Shown in pieces: positions 26,601-39,754 of a stretch of DNA of 64,000 bases. The first letter of the stretch is position 1; each line of letters begins with the position of its first letter. Below the pieces are notes generated by a model. That model saw nothing but the letters and a program-made list of their open reading frames with translations, made no database searches and had not been told where the DNA came from. The DNA comes from a virus (lineage: Duplodnaviria; Caudoviricetes), in IMG/VR virus record IMGVR_UViG_3300028591_000011, positions 32,001-96,000 of that record; one strand, written 5' to 3'. The position numbers were made by a program, and so were the translations under genes.

Positions 26601-29600
26601 TTTAAGAATGCAGCTTAATACAGAAGCACATGAAGCAGACGAACGTGCAATAGGTACATAGATGTTTAAGATTGCTTTCTCAAATATAATAGACGATACA
26701 CAATATGGGCTTGGAAAATCAAATCATAAGATAAGACTTGGTTCTGAAATAAAAAAATCTATCATGCGTAATATAAGCGCTCTAACTTAGTGTGGAGTGC
26801 TTCGTGAGGATTCTGATTTCTACGAAAATGGCAAATTAAGTTATAAAAAAGTAAAGAATTTCTTATTGCGAATCGTAGATAACAATAACTTGGGAGATAT
26901 CGCAAAAGCTATAATTAATGACGGCGGTGTTGTTAGTTCTCTTGTCAAAAGAGAAGTTTTTGAAATGTCTACTTCGTCTCATGTAAATAAAGATATAGTA
27001 GAGATACATACTAACGGTGGTACTGCAATTCAGCAGTCTATGTTTGGTTTTGCTGGATATGGTTCTGCTAATGTCGGTATACAGTATAATGGAGGTAGAG
27101 AGTTAAAATGGAACGCAAAAGAAGGTTCTATGGAAGTCATACTTTCTATGAATCTTTTACGAAGTGTCCTTCCTTCTGAATTGAAAGATAAATCGTTTAC
27201 AGAATAGAGGCAGTGGCTGATAGATAACGATATTATACTTGGTAATAAATTAGATGGATCTCAATCTGATCCGAAACCTTTTGGTATTGGTTATCGTATT
27301 CCTACACAGGGTATGTCGTCAATGTTCTCATTCATTGTAGCAGATGTAATACCTGAGCAATCTGGAGACCTTATTATAGTACCTAGAGAATTTACTGCTT
27401 AGACAGGTTCTGACTTCGACGTTGACAAACTGTATTTATCTACATTTGCATACAGTGATGGAGAAAGGTTATCTGCTTCTGATGAAGAATTATCTACTGT
27501 TCTTGGTGAAGATCCAAGCGGAATTGATATATCGGAAATGTAGAAGAAAATAGCAAACAACTTACTGCAGGACTATATTGATTTGGTATCGGATGAAAAG
27601 AATTTCGCAAACGCAAGAGCTTCGATTGATGCTATAACTAATGTAGTAAAAGACAACTTTTTAAAGAGGATTCGTCCAAAGAAATAGGGATATATAACTG
27701 GCATGACTGAGTTAATGCCTTCGTTCCAGTCTAGAAAGAAAATGGAGTTCAAAGTCGGTAAAGATGGAATTTCTCCGTTCGCATTGAGTATTCCGCATCT
27801 TGCAATGACATAGTTTACGCATTTGACAATAAATTTTGGTTCCGCAGGAAAGGCTTATGATTTAAATCCTCTCGATAGGATATATGGAAACGATAAATAG
27901 CGTATATCTGACTGGCTTTCTGCTATGGTTAATGCACATGTTGACGTAGCAAAGGATTCATATGTATTTGATCTTAATTTAAATAACAATACGTATAATC
28001 ATGCTGTATTGTTATTGCGTGCAGGTAAAGGTTTGTCCACGTTCTCATTTTTAGCACAGCCGCTGTTGAAAGAATTTTCTGACGCAGTAAATAATGCCGG
28101 CGGTGTATATGGGCGAAACATGGACGGGCTTATTGTAGAAGATGATAGTGGTACGTATCGCAAGAATATCATACGTCAGAAATTAATGTAGAGGTATGTA
28201 AAAATATTGAAAGATATTGCTACCGAACATGATTTATACGGCAAATGGAAGGATCATATAGAATATCTTGAGTATTAGTCAAAAGATAAAGATTCAAAAA
28301 CGAAATCTAAAAAACAATCTAAAGAAAAAGGCGATACTGATTATAAACTTCCAGAAGGTTTTGAAAAGAAACTTGTATTTGATATCGAAGAAGGAATTCG
28401 TTCAATTAATAATTTTGTGTACGACTTAAACAAAGTAAACAGCAAAAATGCAGAAGATTTTGTAGAAAGTTTAATATTTAATTTACATTGTCTAATTGCA
28501 TATCAAGATTTGAACAAATACGCAAGAACATTAAACGAACTTGTTTAGAATTCGCAAATTGATACCAAAAAGTTTGGCAAAACGTTTTATGAAAAAATAA
28601 ACTTTGAGAATAGACTTTATACGTTTATAAATAATTCTCAGTTATTTACTGTAACTGATCAAAAACTTCTTGGAAAACTTACTAAAGATTTAAAGAAGTC
28701 TGACAATGACGAATATGATCCGAAAGATGTATCCAGAGAAGTGCTGATGTATTACTACAACAGTACGTTCTTAATGAGAAAGCTTAGAAATGCTAATAAA
28801 TATTGTAGAGAAATTTTAGCAGGGCAGGTGTTTATGGCTAATCCGTTGTTTGAAGATGTATTTAAGACTATGATGATGTCTATATCTGGGGATGCCGAAA
28901 TTTTAGGTAAACACGGCGAACGTCTTAAGTTATATTCTCCTATATATAATCAAAATTCTTTAAAGAGTATATCCCACGCTGCTGAAAATGTAGCAAGATT
29001 TAATTCTTTAATGTCGTTTGGTCCTGGAATATATAAGAGAAATAAAAAAGAAGATCCTGATTCAGATATGCTCGACTTTACTGAAAATGGTGATCGGGTA
29101 GCCGTATCAGAAAGATTTAAGAAGCTATTGTTTGGTAACGATAAAGAATAGTCAATTTTTGTTCGTGCAAGAAGCCTTATCCGTAAAATAAAAGAAACTT
29201 CAGATACTAAACAATATGTGGGTCTTGTATCAAACGGTAGAATATTAAACGACCTTCTTGTCTATATAAGCCCTCTTACTCCTACTAAGAATTATCCAAT
29301 AGGTAGAATGATCTTAAGATCGTCTTAGACTGATAATAGAAACAAAGACGAAGTAAGATTGTCTGCGGCGTTTGCTTAGCTTTTATAGCATCCGAATGAA
29401 GAAGTTAGAAAGTTTGCTGAAGATCTTGCGTTTTACGCATATTATTCTGCATATGACTAGAATACGAGTAACTCGTTCTTCCATTTAGTCCCTCCTGCAT
29501 ACAGAAAATAGTATGACGCTTCTATATCAAAAGCTCTAGGATATTTAAATTCTACTGAATATGAAAAAAATAAAATAGGTCTTAGGGCTATTGGAGGAAT

Positions 29601-31203
29601 TGCCCCAGGAGGTAGATTTACTAGAGCTCAGTTGGTAAACACGATAGCTGAAAATTATATTTAGACTATAGGAAGGAATTATAGTTACGATTCAAATATA
29701 GTTCCTGTTTGGAAGATGCCTAAACGAATTAGTACAAGAAAATTCCAAGCATATCTTACGCCTAGTGATCGTGAAAAAGGAATGCGAGAAGTTGTTCTAG
29801 GCAAGACGGCAATGGTAAAAGGATTGAAAACTCCAATCAGAACTTTTATAGCATTCACTGAAACTACTTCCGGCGGAGGATACTTTTTTAAACTTCCGTC
29901 TGGTATACTGTATAGAAAGATTGGTGAAGTCAGAAGAAAATATAGAGGTAAAGATGGAAAAGACCACAACCTCGCTCCGTATTTTGTATATGCTGTTGCA
30001 CAACGTGCTGGGTATAAGAATAAGAAGTTACAGTTGTTTGAATTATTTTCTGGATACGATAAACCTTCTATATTTGCTGAAAATAAATATATCAGCAGTA
30101 CTTCTGAAGATGCTGTAAGAGAAGAAGTTTTGAACGTTGTAAAAAATAATACTGGAAATGTTGAGTTAAGTGTTGTATGGAATTCTAGCGAAATTCCAGA
30201 TATGTATAGATCTACCAATGCTGATATGTTTATGTAGCCTGATCAATTTATGGCACAGAAGAACGTTGGACAACAGTGGCAATTTGGTAAAGCTGTTTCT
30301 GCTTCTACTGTATACGGTGCTGAGTATAAATCGTTCTTAGATGCTGATGTTATACTTAATATAACACCATCTGAAATGGAACATAACGATTCTACGTTAA
30401 ATAATATTCCAGAAAAGTTTAGACCTAAAGTTGTTAATGTTGCATTAAATGGAAAGGGCTTAGCCAATGCAATAAAAGCTATAAAGAAGATATCGGAAGG
30501 CAATCGTATTTCAATTACTATAACGTCTCCTATTAAGACTGATTATTAGTGGTATAAATCATATATAACAGACAATGATGTTGACGATTATATCAATGGC
30601 AGAAGAAGTGAGCTTGAGGAATTATTTAGAGATTCTGCTGATGCAGAAAGTCAAATAAAGACAATACTCGACAATACTCGCGACGATTCTCAACATAGAA
30701 ATACTATGACTAATAAAAAAGTAGCAAGTGATTTTAATGATATTTTTAATAGGATATTATTAAGTCAAATAGAAGTATCTAAAGTTTCATCTACTATGGA
30801 CAAAGATAGACACGTTTTTGCTGCTATTGTCGATAAAATTTATCTTGAACATGGAAATAGTCTAGATTTTTAGTCCGGAGAGTTATATATCCCGTCTTAG
30901 TATAATCTTAACAAATTCGCAAGAGACATTATGCAATTGACCACGGTACCATTAATACAAATTACTGAAACACAAAAATCTGTTTAGGGTTCAGAATAGG
31001 TAGAAAAGATTATAGAAAAAGTCCAAAATGAAGATAAACCTGAAGAAAAAACAAAACCTGTTTCTAAAATAGTATAGGATGTAGAAACTTCAGATAGTAA
31101 AAAACATGAAGATTGTGGAGAAGGCACTACCGTAATGAAACCAACTGGTAAGAAGATGAATAATAGAGGTAGAGCCGGAAGAACCACTGAAATAATTGAT
31201 TAA
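14629..31203 (+). CDS. Giant virion-associated RNA polymerase polyprotein with zincin-like protease motif (TAG=Gln), ~5524 aa
   Basis: About 19 ORF-track fragments share frame 1, and the breaks I checked are TAG. Catalytic GSDFDVDKL (DFDVD at 27412-27426), GYRIPTQG, KRLGGTMSPG, SDAQVF, SAVKVG; HEAWH at 21997-22011. Not every codon was checked for TAA/TGA. Confidence 0.85.
18757..18857 (+). repeat. Pro-Glu low-complexity linker repeat inside the RNAP polyprotein
   Basis: EPEPTEQPEVAP(Q)PAAEEQQPEPEPEPEPEPEP with varied synonymous codons, so selection is at protein level. Confidence 0.8.
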
Positions 31204-31207
31204 TATT

Positions 31208-34200
31208 ATGTTTTGTCCTTATTATAAAAATAGAGAAGTTTTTGATGGCTTCAACGAAATTGTATAGGCATTTGGTGGTGACCCTTTGACAGAGGAAGAA
31301 TTTAGGTCCAGTGAGCTGAGAAATCAGCGAACTGGTCCTAATTATTCTGCTATGGAAGCCGCATATATAGTATACGATAGGAACAACGGAAATATGTTGG
31401 ATTTTACTCCTGATGGTCAACCTTCTATACTCTTTCAAAAGTTGTTAGATTATTATGGAGATAGAAATTCTGCAATAATCGCTAAAAGTAACGCTTATTC
31501 TGATGAATTTCTTGATAAGAAGAACTGGCTTGCCCAATATGATGATGCGCCAGACGGTGTTACAAAAACAGTTCAACAAACTGAACCAGATATATCAGAC
31601 GTTGTAGATGGTTATATAAACCCTTAGGAAACAGATGTTGCCATAAACAATAAAAACATAGAAGGCTCTATAAGACGCGCATCTGTAGAGTCTATAGGCG
31701 TAGACAATTATACCAAGTTGGCGAACGGAGAAACTGTTTCTTCAAAGAATATAATACAGAGCTTAAAAAAAGCGTTTGCATTTTCTATTCAAAATAGCAT
31801 GTTGGCGGATATATTCGAAATACATGATATACCTGTGACATTTTATTCTGATTTGGATAACGTTACGTTAATGACTAGCGAGTTATTATCCGATGGAACT
31901 TCTGTTATAAGAATCAATAGGAACTTGATAGGAAAAGTTACGCAAGATTATATTTCTGAAGCGTTTTTGCACGAGATTGTACATTCATTAACAATGTCCG
32001 CTTTTAGACTAAAAGCTACTCCAGAATAGGTATAGTTAGTAAACAGTACTAACAAGTTACTCAAATCGTTACGAAAAGAATATTATGGGAATTATAGTGC
32101 TTATAATAATGTAGACTCCATAACGCATGCTTTAAAAAACAGTAGAGAATTTGTATCAGTATTCATTACTGATGCAGAAGCTAGAAATGAATTATTTAGT
32201 ATTGCAAAACAACTAGATGATAAAAAATATGGAAAGCATTTAACAAGACTTGTAAATTTTATAAATTCCGTAACATAGTTTCTTGTAAACAAAAATCTAA
32301 TAAACTCAAATCAAAGCTTATTAAACAGGTATCAAAAAATTGTATATGACTATCTTAATAACAGACAAATGATAAAAAACGGAAAAGTACTATCAAAAGC
32401 CGAAGTTAAGAAGATATAGAGTTAGTTGGATAAGCGAGCAATTTTAAATGGAGAAATATTAGATAGATTCAAACACGCTCAGTTGTTAGTCAATGTAATA
32501 GAAACTAACCCGTATATTATAAAACGTAGACTAAATAAAAAAGAAGCTAGCGCAGCTTTACCTACTGAAAGTTTATATAACAATATTATAGATGGTATAA
32601 AAATAAGAATAAACGCATTACGTTCTTCTGATTTGCAATAGGTGCAAAAAAATAAGCTAATACAGGAAGCTAGAACGTTTGTCGATATGTTTGAAAACGA
32701 AGGAATTGTTAGATACGTAGCTATATCATCTATGTTATCTTAGGTTATACCTAATTTGTTAGATGACATAAAACAGCTTAGGGCTGCTGTTAACGAAAAT
32801 GCTGTCATTGATTCTAAATCTGTAAATTACCATATACATAGTAATTTTGGGTTATATAAAAATATAATTCAGTCTTTGTCTACAATGTTTACAAGTGAAG
32901 ATTATATTACAGATTTGGTAAACGAATATAATTCCAAACAGATAAGTGAATCCAATAAAATTAGCAAAGATGACGCTTTAGAGTTAAAACAGACAATTTC
33001 TGATATATCTTCTGTTATTACAGACGGTCTAGCTTTATGTGAAAGGTTGTTGAATAACAGCGGGTATTCCATATTAGAAGAAACTGGTAGAGCGGTAAAT
33101 AATCCGGACATAGAATAGTTTTTATCGAATCTAGAAACAGATCCGTCTATAGTATCTACCGGAATAAATGGAGTAGAGGCAATGTTTTCTGCCGCAGATT
33201 CCATGGATAACATAATTGTCAGAACGATGGAAAATATGCTAAATAATGCATTGGTTGGTGCTGACAATAAAGTTACCGACAGAGCGTCTGAGATTATGAA
33301 GATTATATCTAAAATCAATCCTCATGACATCAAACTTTTATACGAGTTCGACGAAAAAGGTAGAACTACTGGATATCTTGTACGAGATAGAAATTTCGGA
33401 AAAATGTATAAAGATTATGATGAAGAGATATAGAGAATAAATCAAATAATAAAAGACAAATATAATCTTACCAACCTCGATGTAAAATTAAACAGAACAG
33501 CTCCATATCAAGAAGATGCTAGAATAGAATGGAATCAGATGGTAAACGCTTGGAAAACTAAATACACAGAACGTAAAATGCTACCAAAATATTATGATCT
33601 GTGGAATGGTGTATCCACTACGGCAAAAAGTGCAATCGGAGCAATTAATACCGAGATTTCATTATTGCTACAAAAACCAGGTGTTGTAGACGAACTAGGA
33701 CATAGGCATTTGGAACTACTTACAGATGATGAATTTTGGTAGTATCAATAGCTTTCTATACAAAAGAAAGTGTTACGTAGCGATAGAGACGAATTTGGCA
33801 GATTAAAGGATCCCAATAGCGAAGAATACAAAATAGCAAAAGAATTGTAGACTTTATATTCTGAGTTGTATAGCGATTCTAAAGACACCGAATACGATAC
33901 AGAAGCTTGGTAGTCTGAACTTGATTATAATATAGATAACGTTTGGGGAGGAAGAGAAGAGTATAATAAATATTTGAGAGGCGAAGAAAACGATTTTGAT
34001 ATAAAAGCGTTTAGAAAATGGCATTCTAAGAATTCTGTCTATAGACTAAAATAGGACGATGAAGGTAAAGCTATCGTATATAAACTCATAGAACAAGAAT
34101 TAGGAATGGTTGTTGATTATGGAGAAGAGGTCGAAGATTTGCTTCAGCAACGTAGAGAGATATACAATTTATATAGAGGAGTCAATTCGGATATACTCGG

Positions 34201-36886
34201 TTCAGAAATACCAGATACCTTAAAAGGTTAGCTTAAAGACTTAGATAGAAGGATAGATATAGCTAAAAATAAAGCAAAACGTAAGAATAGTGCATTATCA
34301 AAATATAGAAGCGCATATCGTAAAGTGTAGAAAAAATATATAAAATTTATAAACACTGACGAATTTGAAAGATTAAAAGCAGAAGCAAAAAGAATTGCTG
34401 CAGGAAATGAAGTCGAGTATTATAAAATAATGCTTCAGTACGGATATTCAGGTACAGACGAATTAGGAGAAGAATATTACAAACCTTATTCTTGGTTTAC
34501 AAAAGCAGTAGCTGTCGATGAAAATCTTATGGAGTATGTTCCTAATTTTTCTTGGGCTAAAAAGGAAGAGAACAAATGGAGTAATCCGGATTTCGATGAT
34601 TCTTATGGTTCTAATATGATACCGAAAAAAATAGATAGGTATGATAATTCTGAAGCATTTTCTAAAGTAAGTGAAGAAGGTACTCCGTTGAACGATTTAT
34701 ATAAAATTATATTAAAGACGTATAAGGATTCTAATTCTATGCAGACAAATCGACAATTTGTCGATGATTATTTGTTAGCTCAGTAGACTGGATCTATATG
34801 GAAGAAAATGAAAAATCATGGATTTTTTGGAGCAATAGGTGTGTTGATAAAACATATGCTGGAATCCATAGGTTTGGGTATAGGTAGATTTTCTAGATCA
34901 TTCACTGAACAAGATCTTGTAGATACTGTATAGAATAGCGCGCTTGATCTGATAGATGACGAAGTTGGTGTAGGCTACGGACGGACTCCTATAAGAGGTT
35001 AGTATCCAGATGGAAGAGAGTTTCATGTAATACCTCAATACTATACAAGAAAGTTAGAAGATCCTTCATAGCTGTCTGCGGATTTGATTGGTATAACGTT
35101 AAACTATTACAAAATGTCTTGCTATTATGAAGCAAAATAGAAGATTCGTGATGATTTGGAACTTTTGCTTGATTATATGAGACAAGATAGGTTTAAATAT
35201 AATGAATCTTAGTTTGCAAGTAGTATTAAGAAAAAACTCAAAGTAAAAGGTGCTGTAGATTTTGCAAAAACTTTTCTTGAAATGAATCTTTATGACGTTA
35301 GAAGAGATAGCAAAGTATTGTTTTAGGGTACTCCTTTAGAGTTTTAGTATACTAAATTCTTAAACCAATTTAAGAATTATACTACCACAAGAAACTTAGG
35401 ATGGTCGCCAAAGGTAGCGTTGGTTGGTATGGCTACTAGCCTACATGCCCACCATATAAACATGTTAGTCGGCCAGAATTACGGATTTAAAAATGCAGCA
35501 AAAGTTACTTGGTGGGTTTTAAAACATGTGTATTTAAAAAACATAGGAGGTGCAAATCTTGTTGGTGATAATTACACAAACGACATCATAACATTAATTG
35601 CCGAAAAATTTAGACTTGCTAATCAGTTTGAACGTAAAACTTAGAATTCAAACAGAAAACGTGGGGTACGTATATTGTCTCGTATAAGTGATGCCTTTGG
35701 TATGTTATCTTATGTAGATTATATAACAAAAGTAATTATAGCTGGATCTGTAATGGATAATTATCACAAGGTTGGCAATTCTTATGTAAGTGAAGACGAA
35801 TTGAAAAACGAACGTTATAAATATTCAAAAGAAGATTTTGAAAAACTTATGGACTCCTATAAATCTGGAAGTTCTTTACTTCATGATCTTACAGTATCCG
35901 AAGACCATCGGTTAGTATTTCCAAATGAATATTCCGAGCATGTAGATAAAGTTCTTACAAATAAAGTGCAAAAAATAGCAGAACTAGCAGATGGTATGGC
36001 TACACCTCTTCAACGTGCAGCAATTACTAAAAGCTGGATAGGATGTTTTGTTATGATTCATAAACAATTCTTACCACTTATTTTGCAAAGAGCGTTCGGT
36101 AAACGTGTGTACGATTATGATATGGAATAGTATAAAAATCACGTTTTTGGTACTGTTTTTGAATACGTTTATCAAGTGGCTTTAAATAATTTATTTGCTG
36201 GAATAGGATTGGGTTCTGTATTAGGATTAGCATTTGGAAACGGTTTATTTGTTGCCGGTGGAGCTTCTACTGGCGCTATTATAAACATGATAGGTAGATA
36301 TAGAAGAAGTAAATCTGGACAGAAAACAAAATCTATTCAGGAAATAAATGACGAATTTTTTTCGAATTATTCGGACAGAAAATCAACTATGATATCAAAC
36401 GCAAATAGATATAATTTTAGAGAGTTTATGATTAAAGTTGCATCTTATCATATGATAGCTCTATTAGTATCTATGTTATGCGCAAAAGCAGATGATGATG
36501 ACGATAAACTTTTAGATTTCTTAGCATATATAGCCAGAGCATTTTAGTGGGAGTCTTATACGGAGTTTAGGTTGGACGATATGTTAAACACAACAAAATC
36601 TCCATCTCCTGCTACAGGTTCTATAGATGCTACGTAGTCTGCTATAAACACAGTCGTTAATACAATTTCTCCACAAGGAAATTTCCTAGACTTTCTGTCA
36701 TCTTTTGACGGTTATGACGATGAAGAAGATGATATAATATATACTCCAGGTACTTATGAAGGATGGCACAAGTGGCAAAGAGATATATTTAAAGCAACAC
36801 CTTATCATAATTTCATAGAACAAATTTATGATTCTGATAAAAAACGTAATTACTTCGAGAATTAGATAATGAAGCAAGACGATTAA
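31208..36886 (+). CDS. Large virion (ejected) protein with zincin HExxH motif (TAG=Gln), ~1892 aa
   Basis: Frame-2 fragments join via TAG from MFCPYYKN to TAA 36884-36886. AFLHEIVHSLT (HEIVH at 31970-31984) with a downstream EF. Confidence 0.75.
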
Positions 36887-36898
36887 AAATAAAAAAAT

Positions 36899-36933
36899 AA
36901 ACCCTAGGACTTTCTCAAGCCCTAGGGTTTTTT
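36899..36933. terminator. Bidirectional intrinsic terminator at the junction of the two arms
   Basis: AAACCCTAGG...CCTAGGGTTT inverted repeat flanked by an A-tract and a T-tract, between convergent genes. Confidence 0.8.
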
Positions 36934-37244
36934 GTATCTAGCAAGTTGTTAAATAGTGGATAGTCTTTGTGCGATAATGCAGTTAACAACTGTACATATT
37001 TTGATTGAGCATAAAAAGATACAGACAGTTTTCCATCAACCAATGTATGCTTTATGTACTGTCTTTCTTTCCTAGCTTTATACAAAATGCTGTTTATATC
37101 TGCACTATTTTTTATATCGAAATAAAGAATGTATTCGAAGATTTTTCCAAACCTTTTATATTTAACGTCTGACAATCTTTTGTCGTTTAAAAGATCTGTA
37201 GACGTTAAGATATGTGCTCCGATGCATTTGTATTGTTGCTCCAC
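36915..37244 (-). CDS. Hypothetical protein
   Basis: 109-aa ORF with GTG start, packed against the upstream ORF. Confidence 0.6.
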   Translation of the reverse strand: MEQQYKCIGAHILTSTDLLNDKRLSDVKYKRFGKIFEYILYFDIKNSADINSILYKARKERQYIKHTLVDGKLSVSFYAQSKYVQLLTALSHKDYPLFNNLLDTKNPRA

Positions 37245-37432
37245 TTTCCTTTTCTTATAAACCTTTTTGCATTAATACTTGCATTTTCATAATCTACATA
37301 TATTCGTATATCTTCCTCATATACATAGTTTTCTAGAACAGGTTCTTCTTCAAATATAGCATCCGTAATATCTATCACGTTTTCTACTATACCTTCTACT
37401 CTCACTAAATCTTTGTTTTCTGTATTATTCAT
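37205..37432 (-). CDS. Hypothetical acidic protein
   Basis: 75-aa ORF overlapping the stop of the upstream nuclease. Confidence 0.6.
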   Translation of the reverse strand: MNNTENKDLVRVEGIVENVIDITDAIFEEEPVLENYVYEEDIRIYVDYENASINAKRFIRKGKWSNNTNASEHIS

Positions 37433-38472
37433 AATTTTAACGTTTCAGAACCATTGCCTTCATAATATTCTCTACTATGCTCCCACTTACCTGTAGCCTG
37501 ATGCCAAGCAATATGTTCTAATGCATGCTCTATCGTATCAGCGTGTGGATAGATTTGATCTTTTGTAAATTTAAATACTCGTATTTCATTAGAACCAGTT
37601 GTGTCGATTCCAATAATATACCATTCGTGAGACCAATCTTTCAAATCTTCTCCTAACTCATACTTTAGATACCAGCCGACAGCCATTGTGTAATACATCA
37701 GCTGTCTACAATAGTCATATTGCTCTACACTATCTTCAAAGTGCCACAGCTTTTGTGTAGTCTTTAAGTCGTAGATAATAGCCTTCTTATTATTAAAATC
37801 AAGAGTAAGACCATCGAGTAACGATTTACAAGCTATTGGCATCTCACCATAGAATTCCCAGTTTATATGGAATTCGTGATAATCAGATATTGGCGATATC
37901 CCAGGATCTCCAGTCACCGGAATAAAGTCTTCTATATCTAAACCACGTACTCTACTGTTACGTGGCCATATGATATCTGCTGCAAGTTTGTGAGATATAA
38001 TGTTATGCTTGATTTTTTCAAGCATTTTGGCATCCCAAGGACTAATCATAGTTCTTCCATCATTTGCTTTCAGGAAATCTATGTAATCTTTCAACGTAGA
38101 GGCTATTTTAAGGCCTTCTGACAGCATTTTGTCCTCGGACCTTCCTGCTGTACTGTAAGCATCTTTAAAAGCGCTCAGAATGGCTCTATTAGGCTCTATT
38201 TCTGTTGAAAATGCTAACGCCTGACAGAACTTCTCCTGTTGTACAGAAGAAGGTCTACTTTTGTCCCAGACTACATAGTCTTTTTTGAACTCTTCAGGCT
38301 GCAGAATATATTCGTGGATCATTGTTCCACGCTCCAACACAGCATTCTTTTCTTCTGGTGGAGGATCTGTTAGCATTTTATGTAAATAGGCTGGTCCCTT
38401 TTGTAGAAACCAGCCTATATTACTATTGGAAATTCTACTACGGTCTTCGTAGTATGGAATAGAAATGTCCAT
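37429..38472 (-). CDS. PD-(D/E)XK exonuclease (RecE/ExoVIII, DUF3799-like)
   Basis: ISNSNI...GTMIHEYILQPEEF...CKSLLD...IYDLKTT...YCRQLMYY. Confidence 0.8.
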   Translation of the reverse strand: MDISIPYYEDRSRISNSNIGWFLQKGPAYLHKMLTDPPPEEKNAVLERGTMIHEYILQPEEFKKDYVVWDKSRPSSVQQEKFCQALAFSTEIEPNRAILSAFKDAYSTAGRSEDKMLSEGLKIASTLKDYIDFLKANDGRTMISPWDAKMLEKIKHNIISHKLAADIIWPRNSRVRGLDIEDFIPVTGDPGISPISDYHEFHINWEFYGEMPIACKSLLDGLTLDFNNKKAIIYDLKTTQKLWHFEDSVEQYDYCRQLMYYTMAVGWYLKYELGEDLKDWSHEWYIIGIDTTGSNEIRVFKFTKDQIYPHADTIEHALEHIAWHQATGKWEHSREYYEGNGSETLKL

Positions 38473-39248
38473 TAATCCTTCTTCTCAACATTAAGGTCTG
38501 CTATAATGCTTTCAAATGATTCATCAGGATTATTCTTGACTTCCTCACCGAAGATTATAACATTGTCGTAAGACACTACACGTATGTTATTGATGATAAA
38601 CTCTGTAGCAGCTTCTGCCTTCTTCTTGTCCTTAATGATATCATTAAGTACACCAGATACAATCTGCTTACTGAGAGCATTAAATGTACGCTTATATCGT
38701 ACACGACTACAACGATCGTTCAAATACTCATCGACTTCCTTCTCTTCATTTGCTGTGCAAATCACAAGCTTCTTGCAAGACGGCTTAACACCATCTAAGA
38801 AACCAAGCAAATAACGAGAATTCCAGTACTTGTCTATTTCATCAAATATAACACATACGTTTATTGACATCTGAGCAAAGAAATTCTCTATATCAATAGC
38901 ACGAACCTCTTTGTCTACAACAATAATAGGCAGATTAGACTTTTCAGCTATCTTCTTTGCCATAAGCGTCTTACCACTTCCCTTCATGCCAGAAAGCAAT
39001 ACACCTGTAGTAAGCTTTTCGGTCTTATTGAATGTGTTTATAACCTTAGTTGCAAATGTATCATCTTCCTTAGTGCTATAATAGCGCTTAGGGAATTCAA
39101 ATGCTTTATCTTCTGTAATATACAACAAATCAGTATATTTATCTTCTACTAATCGATATACATTACCAGCTTTAAGGTTATAGTCACTACCTACAGGTTT
39201 AGGAGTAATTACATTTCCATTCTTTACGAAGTGTGAATTATTTTCCAT
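38472..39248 (-). CDS. AAA+ ATPase
   Basis: Walker A GMKGSGKT, Walker B VIFDEIDK, sensor TAN, DRCSR arginine finger. Confidence 0.85.
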   Translation of the reverse strand: MENNSHFVKNGNVITPKPVGSDYNLKAGNVYRLVEDKYTDLLYITEDKAFEFPKRYYSTKEDDTFATKVINTFNKTEKLTTGVLLSGMKGSGKTLMAKKIAEKSNLPIIVVDKEVRAIDIENFFAQMSINVCVIFDEIDKYWNSRYLLGFLDGVKPSCKKLVICTANEEKEVDEYLNDRCSRVRYKRTFNALSKQIVSGVLNDIIKDKKKAEAATEFIINNIRVVSYDNVIIFGEEVKNNPDESFESIIADLNVEKKD

Positions 39249-39627
39249 TTTTTCTTGCTTTTAAAAGTTCTTCGATCATCTCGTCTACCTGCTTATGGTT
39301 TCTGACGAGATATAGTTTTGTTTTTGCATGATGTCGTTTAAGATAATACTTAAACAACTTCCAACGAATAGGGAACGAATCCCCCATAAGACCTTTGCAT
39401 TCTACTATAAAACCTCGTCCTACGAAGTCTGGTAGATATGTAATAGGTCTTATTTTTTCGCCTAAGAACTCGAACTTTGGAAGTAAGGTAAAATGCTTTG
39501 GCTCATATTTAACAGGTATCCCTGCTTTCATAAAAGCTTCATACGTATAGAGTTCGAGTTTACTACGAAAATGTAGCCCATACGCATCGACAGCTGTCGC
39601 ATTTTTTACCCTACTTTTAGTCTTCAT
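39238..39627 (-). CDS. Small PD-(D/E)XK endonuclease (DUF1064-like)
   Basis: FRSKLE...YEP...YLPDF...VECKG. Confidence 0.75.
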   Translation of the reverse strand: MKTKSRVKNATAVDAYGLHFRSKLELYTYEAFMKAGIPVKYEPKHFTLLPKFEFLGEKIRPITYLPDFVGRGFIVECKGLMGDSFPIRWKLFKYYLKRHHAKTKLYLVRNHKQVDEMIEELLKARKNGK

Positions 39628-39754
39628 AGAATTTTATTCGTATATCAGCGTTATATTGCTTTTTTACGTCTTCTACAATTTTCTTATAAGAGTACACATA
39701 TACTGCAATTACTCCTATACATGCACCTAGAAAGGCGCCAAAAAATTCAATCAT
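39617..39754 (-). CDS. Small single-TM protein, 45 aa
   Basis: MIEFFGAFLGACIGVIAVYVYSYKKIVEDVKKQYNADIRIKFYED*. Fills the gap exactly and overlaps both neighbours. Confidence 0.6.
   Translation of the reverse strand: MIEFFGAFLGACIGVIAVYVYSYKKIVEDVKKQYNADIRIKFYED

Noticed and set aside
171-33318. Minus-strand ORFs in the late arm
   Set aside because: They are antisense shadows of the recoded plus-strand genes.
1-36886. Late arm as a field of pseudogenes or many small ORFs
   Set aside because: Fragments stay in one frame, the breaks checked are TAG, and catalytic motifs are intact, which indicates recoding rather than decay.
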